Below, piece after piece: positions 53,482 through 64,000 of a stretch of 64,000 nucleotides of DNA. The translations under genes were made by a program, and so were the position numbers. The notes beneath the pieces are model-generated. The model was not told the DNA's origin. It made no database searches and was given only the letters and a program-made list of their open reading frames with translations. How positions within the stretch are numbered: position 1 is the stretch's first letter; every line of letters begins with the position of its first letter. This DNA is from the human T2T-CHM13v2.0 reference genome, Homo sapiens: the NCBI RefSeq assembly GCF_009914755.1, contig NC_060932.1, one strand, 5' to 3'.

Positions 53482-53780
53482 GGCCAGGCACGGTGGCTCA
53501 TGCCTGTAATCCCAGTACTTTGGGAGGCCAAGGCAGGTGGAAGCGTTGAACCCAGGAGTTGGAGATGAACCTGGGCAACATGGTGAAACCCCATCTCTAA
53601 AAGAAACACAAAAATTAGCCAAGTGTGGCGTTGGACGCCTGTAGTCCTAGCTATTCAGGAGGCTGAAGCGGGAGGAACTCTCGACCCCGGGAGGTGGAGG
53701 CCGTGGTGAGTGAGCCGTGTTTGTGTCACTGTACTCCAGCCTGGGTGACAGACTGAGACCCTGTCTCAAAAAATAAATAA
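53482..53780 (+). mobile_element. AluJ-like element
   Basis: Copy in unit 5. Confidence 0.92.
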
Positions 53781-55200
53781 TTACATAATAAAGATTTAAA
53801 AAGCAAGCACAAAAAGACAAATACTGCATGATCTCACTTATATGTGCAATCTCAAACAATGCAACTCATAGCTGTAGAGAGCAGAACGGTGGTTACCCGA
53901 GGCAGGGGTCAGGGAGGGACTGGAGAGATGATAGTCTCATGATACAAAATTTCAGAGAGGAATGGTTCTAGAGATCTATTGAACAGCCTGGCATCTACAG
54001 TGTATAAGTATGTATTGTATACTTGAAAATTGCTATAAGAGTAGATTTTAGACATGTCCTCATCACATTAAAATCAGTATGTGAGGAAACGAGTGTGTTA
54101 ATTAGCTTGATTTTGTCATTCCACAATGTATACACATATGAAACATCATGTTGTATGCCATAAATATATATAATTTTTATTTGTCAAGTTAAAATTAAAA
54201 TTCATATAAATTATAAAAATAAAATGAAATAACATACACTACAAAAGACTTTTATTTATTAAATCCCCACAGAAGGGGTCTAAGTGATAAAGGAAAATAA
54301 AATTCCGGGAACGGTAAAATCAATCAGAAATGCCCTACTTCAGTGCTTTCGAAATTTGTCTGACAGAGTGGAAATCCGGTTTTTCACTAAGTCACTGTTC
54401 TGGAACAGTTTGTGTGTGTGTATGTATGTGTGTGAGGGCTCACATACACAAATTGAACTAATGGAAGTGTAAGCATTCAAATTATCAGTTTAATTTAGTT
54501 CTATACATATACACACACACACACTCACACACCGAAAAAATTGATAAAATCAGCCATTCCAGCAAAACTAGCTACTTAGTGTCTATCTCTCCTTGAAGAT
54601 TCAAACTAGAAATGAGGATTTAGAGAGGCATGATGGTTCGTTCTCTCTTGGAGCCCAGTTCGAAGTTGACTGACTGATTCAGTCATTGTAATTGGTTGGT
54701 CTTGGGGAAGAATCCACTTTGACTCTTGGGAAGTCAGCTAGGTCAGCGGACAGAGCAGGGGCTCTGGAGCCAGACTGCCTGCACCCGACTTCTAGCTATG
54801 ATACCTTGGATAAACTACTTATCACCTGGGCTTCAGGTTCCTCATCTGTAAAATGGGGATAAGAATGCTATCTCTCTCACAACTGTTAGGAGGACTGACT
54901 GGGTTAATACGTGCAAAGTACCAAGTACATAAGAAACCAACAGCCAGTGCTCATTACAATCATTATTATTTTGGGCAAGTTAAGCCGCATGGTTTCTTTA
55001 GGTATAAAATTAGGCTTTATTTACCTACCTGTTGGGTTGTTCCAAGGATTAATCACATAGTGTTCATGAATTCCCTTTATAAACTATTATAGAAAAGAAA
55101 TATAGTTAACATTAATTGAACACCTACTATGTGCGATCGTTTTAAGGCTTGCCATGTGCTGCTTCATTCAGTCCGCACCATGACATTAGGATCACACTTT

Positions 55201-58872
<3,672 letters not shown>

Positions 58873-59436
58873 GATCACACTTTAAAGACCAAAAGGTAGA
58901 AGCGCAAAGACGTTATCTGTCCAATATTACAAACCTAGTAAGTGGTGGAATTTGGCCTTGAACCCAGATCTGTAACTCCAGAGCCGAAGTGCTTCACCCA
59001 CCTCCCTGTGGTGCCTCTACAGAAAAAGAGGTAAGCAGGCATTCCGAAAGCTGGTGGGCCGGGGGGCTGGCCTTGTACTCAGAAGCCATGGAAGTCCCAC
59101 GTGGGGTGGCTAGTGGTGTAAGGACAGAGGTCTCGGATGGGCAGAGGGATGTGGACAGGCGCGAGGGCGCGCGGCAGGGACTCGGGGGACTGGGAGTGGC
59201 GGCTCGGGGCTGCGGGAGGCGATTGGTGGAAGGACAGAGGTCTGGGAGGGGCAGAGGGATGTGGACAGGCCCGAGGGGCCGCGGCAGGGATTCCGGGGGA
59301 CCGGGAGTGGGGGGTTGGGGTTACTCTTGGCTTTTTGCCCTCTCCTGACGCCGGCTGCTCCAGTTTCTTTCGCTTTGCGGCGAGGTGGGCAGGGTGAGCT
59401 CTCGGGACTGATGGCGGTTTTGGAAGAGGCCTGGGG

Positions 59437-61326
59437 CTAAGGACAGGCCAGGGCGGCGGGAGAGGCGGACCGGTGGCGTGGCTGGATCTGGGCGCGCTGT
59501 CGGACCTTCCACATCACCAGCTGCAGGCAGGCGTTTGCGTCCTCGCTGGAGTTGTGGCCGTCCTGGCTGTCCTGGATGATCTGTGCCAGGTAGTCGGCCG
59601 CGAGATTCCTGAGGGAGCGCTTGTAGGGGAAACCCAGGTAGTGCGGGAAGAGCACGGCCGTGTCCACCACGGTGCTGTGGATGAGCTTCAGGGCCAGCAG
59701 GTCGCTCTCCAGGCTGTGCCCGATGAGGATGGTTTGGGCGCTGAAAAAGCTCAGCAGGATGGCTTGGACTTGGGGCAACGTGATGCTCGTCTTGGCGACG
59801 TCGGCCTCGGTGACTCCGGAAAACCTGGTGTTGTAGTCCACGATCTCGTTGTCGGGCTTGACGAAGGTGTCGTACACCACTCGCATGTCGGCGTCCACCA
59901 CCGTGACGCGGGTCAGCTCTAGGCCATGCGTGGTGTAGCACATCTCACAGTCCAAGGCGTAGATTCCTGGATAAGCGTCTCTGGACAACTCTTTCTTGAA
60001 GGTCTCCACGAAGCCATCGAGGCTCTCCTTGCGGCCGTCCCGCACGTGCTGCTTTGCCACCTGGCAGCCCACAGAGCCAGGAGCAGCTGCACAGCAGGTG
60101 TACTGGCTAACCCGGCCTCCAGCCACCTGGCTCGAGCGGACCCGCCCCCAGTGATAATAACACAACTGGTCGCGTACACAGCGGCCCGAGGAGGACACCA
60201 GGTACTCGGTGCCACAACGGCAGCAGACCCTGCAGGAGGAGTCGCCGGGCCCCTTCCCCTGGCCAGTGAAGAGGACGGCGCCTCCGGGCCGCTCGGGGTG
60301 CGGGAAGGGGTAGCCGTTCTCCTTGAGCTGGTCCTGGGTGAGCAGGAACTCCTGGAGGCGGCTGTACAGGGCGGCCCTGCTGAGGCCGGGCATGGAGCTG
60401 GGGGTCAGGCCCTTCAGTCTCTTGAGGGTGTTCAGGACCACGTTCAGGTACCTGTTCTTGTTGGGGCTGCAGTCGTAGGCCACCTTCTCCTCGTTCAGCG
60501 CCTTCTCCTCGGCCTCCTGCTTGGAGGCGCAGAACTTGAGACACTCTTCGGTGAACAGTTGGAGATAGCCTCGGCGGAGGACGGTGGGGACTTGGCACCC
60601 AGAGCTTCGGAGGATAATGGGTTTCTTCAAACTCAAACTCGGTAAGGATGCACGACGGACGATTCGCTTAGAGCTGGTGGTGGCGGTGGTCTTGCATGCC
60701 ATCCCTGACCTGTTGCGCGTCTTCCCTGGCTGTCTGCCGACCTTGGAGCCACGGGAGCGTTGGCTGCTGCTGGCCACCCGGGTTCTCTTGGCATCTGTGT
60801 AACCTGTGACCAAGCAAGGGCTGGAAGAGTGGGCGATCGTCTTCCTCTTCCTGGGGGCTGAGATGCGGACTCCCGAGGGCCTCTCTGTCAGCCTTGGGGC
60901 GGCTGGCAAGCGGCAGGCCGATCCCCTCTGCGCAGGGAAGTAGCACGACTCCGTCACCATCTTGGGCCACGCTGGGGGCACCGCCGGACCCCTGTTCTGG
61001 GGCTCCGCCTGGATGTCCACAAATGCTGAGGCCTGCTTGTGCATCTGGGGCACCCAGAGCCCGAAGCTCTGGGCAGGCTGATGAGAGGGCAGTGGGAATT
61101 CTGGAGCCTCGAGGGCCGCCTCCTCGGCCACCTTCTTAGCTTCTGGGTATCCAGGTGGGAACCAGCAGGGAGCTGTGGCTCGCAACATCTTGCTGCCTTC
61201 GGGAGCACCGGCCGGGCTCTGCTCCGCTCCCAAATGGCGGCTTGCCTCCGGGGCCGCCTCCTTGGCCACCTTCTTAGCTTCTGGGTATCCAGGGCGGAAC
61301 CAGCAGGGAGCTGTGGCTCGCAACAT
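59437..61326 (-). CDS. REXO1L1: REXO1-like DEDDh exonuclease retrogene, 629 aa, 2-repeat type
   Basis: ATG at 61326. Intact ORF, translation identical to the copy at 10955-12844. Confidence 0.88.
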   Translation of the reverse strand: MLRATAPCWFRPGYPEAKKVAKEAAPEASRHLGAEQSPAGAPEGSKMLRATAPCWFPPGYPEAKKVAEEAALEAPEFPLPSHQPAQSFGLWVPQMHKQASAFVDIQAEPQNRGPAVPPAWPKMVTESCYFPAQRGSACRLPAAPRLTERPSGVRISAPRKRKTIAHSSSPCLVTGYTDAKRTRVASSSQRSRGSKVGRQPGKTRNRSGMACKTTATTSSKRIVRRASLPSLSLKKPIILRSSGCQVPTVLRRGYLQLFTEECLKFCASKQEAEEKALNEEKVAYDCSPNKNRYLNVVLNTLKRLKGLTPSSMPGLSRAALYSRLQEFLLTQDQLKENGYPFPHPERPGGAVLFTGQGKGPGDSSCRVCCRCGTEYLVSSSGRCVRDQLCYYHWGRVRSSQVAGGRVSQYTCCAAAPGSVGCQVAKQHVRDGRKESLDGFVETFKKELSRDAYPGIYALDCEMCYTTHGLELTRVTVVDADMRVVYDTFVKPDNEIVDYNTRFSGVTEADVAKTSITLPQVQAILLSFFSAQTILIGHSLESDLLALKLIHSTVVDTAVLFPHYLGFPYKRSLRNLAADYLAQIIQDSQDGHNSSEDANACLQLVMWKVRQRAQIQPRHRSASPAALACP

Positions 61327-61381
61327 CTTGCTGCCTTCGGGAGCACCGGCCTGGCTCTGCTCCTCTCCCAACTGGCGGCTT
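61106..61381 (-). repeat. 138-bp tandem repeat x2
   Basis: Two units. Confidence 0.97.
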
Positions 61382-61382
61382 C

Positions 61383-61543
61383 AATGAGTGCTGCGGCCGC
61401 CACTTGTCGCCTTTATATAGGCACAGGGCAGACTGGGTGGGACTTCTCCTTGATAGGTTGGTGCTTCAGTCCAATCACACTGAGCCTCATCTTCCACCAG
61501 ACTCCAGCTTGGGAATGCCTCAGGGGGTGCGCTAATGGAATCA
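61383..61543 (-). promoter_or_regulatory. Putative REXO1L core promoter, copy 6
   Basis: Same motifs; TATA at 61412-61419. Confidence 0.6.
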
Positions 61544-61864
61544 ACTGGAACTCCCGGTTGCTAAACTTGGAGCTAGGTTGCTTTTCCTGAGTTAAGTAAC
61601 TGTCCCTGCAGGGCAGTCCTATAATGGCTACTGGAATTGGGCTACCTAGGATTAAATTAAGGTTCAGGGAGGTTGGTCAACTTGCTTGGGCCCACACAGC
61701 ACCCCTTGGAGCCAGGACTGGGCCAGCAGTCTGCTGCATGCTGGAGGGCGGGATCCCTCTGGGGCTGCCTTTCCCTGCTCTGTGCACTCCGCCGCTGCGG
61801 GCAAATTGAGGACAGGAAGCGGACCGCACCCACTTCTCTCCCAGGACTTGGGCAATGTTCAACA

Positions 61865-62752
61865 CAGGTGGTCTTCCAAAGGTTCATAGAAAATGCACAT
61901 GGTGAAGAAACTATGCATGGATTTCCACTGGTTTGCACTAAAATAAACTTGTCCTAACTTCTGATAACCTTTCTGAACTAGATCTAGTTTGAGGCACTAA
62001 GAAGGATGAGACATCCACTGAAAAGGACTCCCATCAGAGCAACATGAATTCCACGAAAATTGCAGCAAGAGGAAACATCAAATTTATGGTGAAGCTTGGG
62101 TGGAAGATTGAAGAAATCATTGACGTTTTAAGAAAAGCTTGTAAGGACACTACCCCAAAGAAATGAACTCTTTACGAATGTATAGCTTGTTTCAAGAAGA
62201 GGTGAGAAGATGTGGAAGATGAATCCTGCAGTGGCTGTGAAAACCACTGTGCCCAGATGAGCTGCAGTTACGACGAGAGCTATCAGTGGAAATTTTAAAC
62301 AGGAGGGATCACGATCCTGACGCATCCCTCTGACAAATTGTAAGCGGCAGTTGGAACATGGCTTCACCAATATGATCTCGAAGGCAAAGCATCATGAAAG
62401 CGATGGCTACCAAGAGGTGGCAGTGGTCCAGTCAAAGGAAAAGGAGGCCAGTCAGGAGCCCACATCATGGCATCAGTGTTTTGGGACACTCAAGGCATTT
62501 TGCTTGTTGACTTTCTGAAAGGCCAAACATCTGCTTATTAGGAGAGTGTTCTGAGAAGCTTAGATAAAGCTTTGGTAGAAACATGCTGGGAAAGTCTCAC
62601 TAGATCCTTGTTCACCACATCAATGCTCTGCTCATTCCTCTCATCAAACAAGGGCAATTTTGTCAGTTTCAATGGGCAGTCCTTAGGAATTCACCTTACG
62701 GGCTGCTTTCATTCCTTCTAAATTCTTTTTGTTTCCTAATGATAAAAAGTCT
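61865..62752 (+). mobile_element. HSMAR2 remnant
   Basis: Copy of 1333-2220. Confidence 0.88.
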
Positions 62753-64000
62753 CCTTGCCTTGCTTGGAAAGATGAGAGAAAGTCTCCTTGCCTTGTTTGG
62801 ACAGATGAGAGATGAGATCCTCCTCTTCTCTCCCAGGACAGAATGGTGAGACTTGAGTTTCCTTTCTCCTCACTCTTCTCCTCCTTGAGGGAGCTGCTGT
62901 GCCGGACAGACCTGCCCCCGTGTCTAGACACTGGTAGACTCGTTTAAGTTCCTCACAGGCAATCCTCCATGGGGTCAAAGTGGAAGGACTTATTTCTTCA
63001 GGGCTCAGTAGTCCACATCCTGGCGCGCACCTTCACCAGCCCAGGGCGGGGTAGAGGAGGGTGAAAGGGCGTGGCTCAGAGCCCGCTTCTTCCGCTCGGG
63101 CGTATCCTGGGAGGAACCCTTGTCCGGTGAGCATGTCTTCGTCTCTACCAAATTCCCTAGTGGGACATTTCTGGCAGCCCTACTTGTTCAGCAGCTTACG
63201 GGGGTCAGGTGGACCTCTGCTAGTCACCAGCCTGAAGCCCTTTCTCCATTTCAGCTATTTTGGCAGTTGCCTAGGTGACTTTTGAACCTCATTATCCAGA
63301 ACAGCAAACGGACGAGGGGTGAGAAGAGTGGCCGTCTGGGTTTGCAGCATAGTGCTGCCTTCTAGGAGTTGTGCAGTCTTCGATTGTGTGAAACTTCACC
63401 TGGCTGATTTGTGGCAATGCCTCCACAAATTCGCTAAATTCAGTAGCTTTTGCCTTCCAAGATTCATTTACACAATGTTGAATGCTTTAAATGAATGAGC
63501 ATGAAGAGTGCTGGGCTGGAAAGTGATGAGATGGGTGGTAGGGACTCCTCGGAGTAGAGGAGTAGAGTTTTACTATTATGACTAGGAGGCAAATAAAAAG
63601 AAGCTGAACGTGATCCATAATAAAAGAAGCACACACTCACAGAGCTCCATACCAACTACATTAAAATGGAAATCATGATATTTGGAAATACAACTTAATT
63701 GGAAATCATTAAGTAATCTCATCAACCTTTTTACAGTGGGTGGCAGGGCTATGGAGGGAAAACAGCAATGGTTCTGGCACCTACTTAACTTGATTCCATT
63801 AAATTCACCCAACAGGCCTCCAGAGAAGATATTACTGCTTTGATATTACAAAGGGAAAAACAGCTATGGCGTCTCTGAAAAGCACAACGTGCTAGGACTG
63901 GAATGACTTTAAAACCACACATAAATTTCTGAGAGATTTTTGCCGTAAGGTACCATCCACCTTACTGTAAACCACATCCTAAAATTGTCTGCAGTGCAAA

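Overview
This window is primate (most likely human) genomic DNA lying entirely inside a ~12.1-kb tandem macrosatellite, about 5.3 units. I recognise it as the REXO1L/GOR array, placed at 8q21.2 from recall rather than from a search. Each unit carries an intronless, minus-strand REXO1-like DEDDh exonuclease ORF. Five complete uninterrupted copies are present (629, 675, 629, 675 and 629 aa from the first ATG), plus one partial copy. Each has a TATA/CCAAT/Inr-like upstream region. The spacer is made of old transposon remnants: MIRs, HSMAR2, L1ME, Alus, L1MA and a 3.67-kb 5'-truncated L1PA with an 11-bp TSD. Notable structure: (1) unit periods alternate ~12,188/12,052 bp because a 138-bp repeat covering the putative 5'UTR and ATG alternates 3x/2x, giving a ~24.24-kb dimeric higher-order repeat; (2) a 108-codon in-frame extension containing a GOR-epitope-like peptide lies behind the TAG stop; (3) DUX/paired-homeodomain-like sites lie upstream of the promoter; (4) there is no canonical poly(A) signal before the co-oriented L1; (5) SNP haplotypes are mosaic between units. 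Repeat-family calls are from recall of consensus sequences, and no alignment or database search was run.
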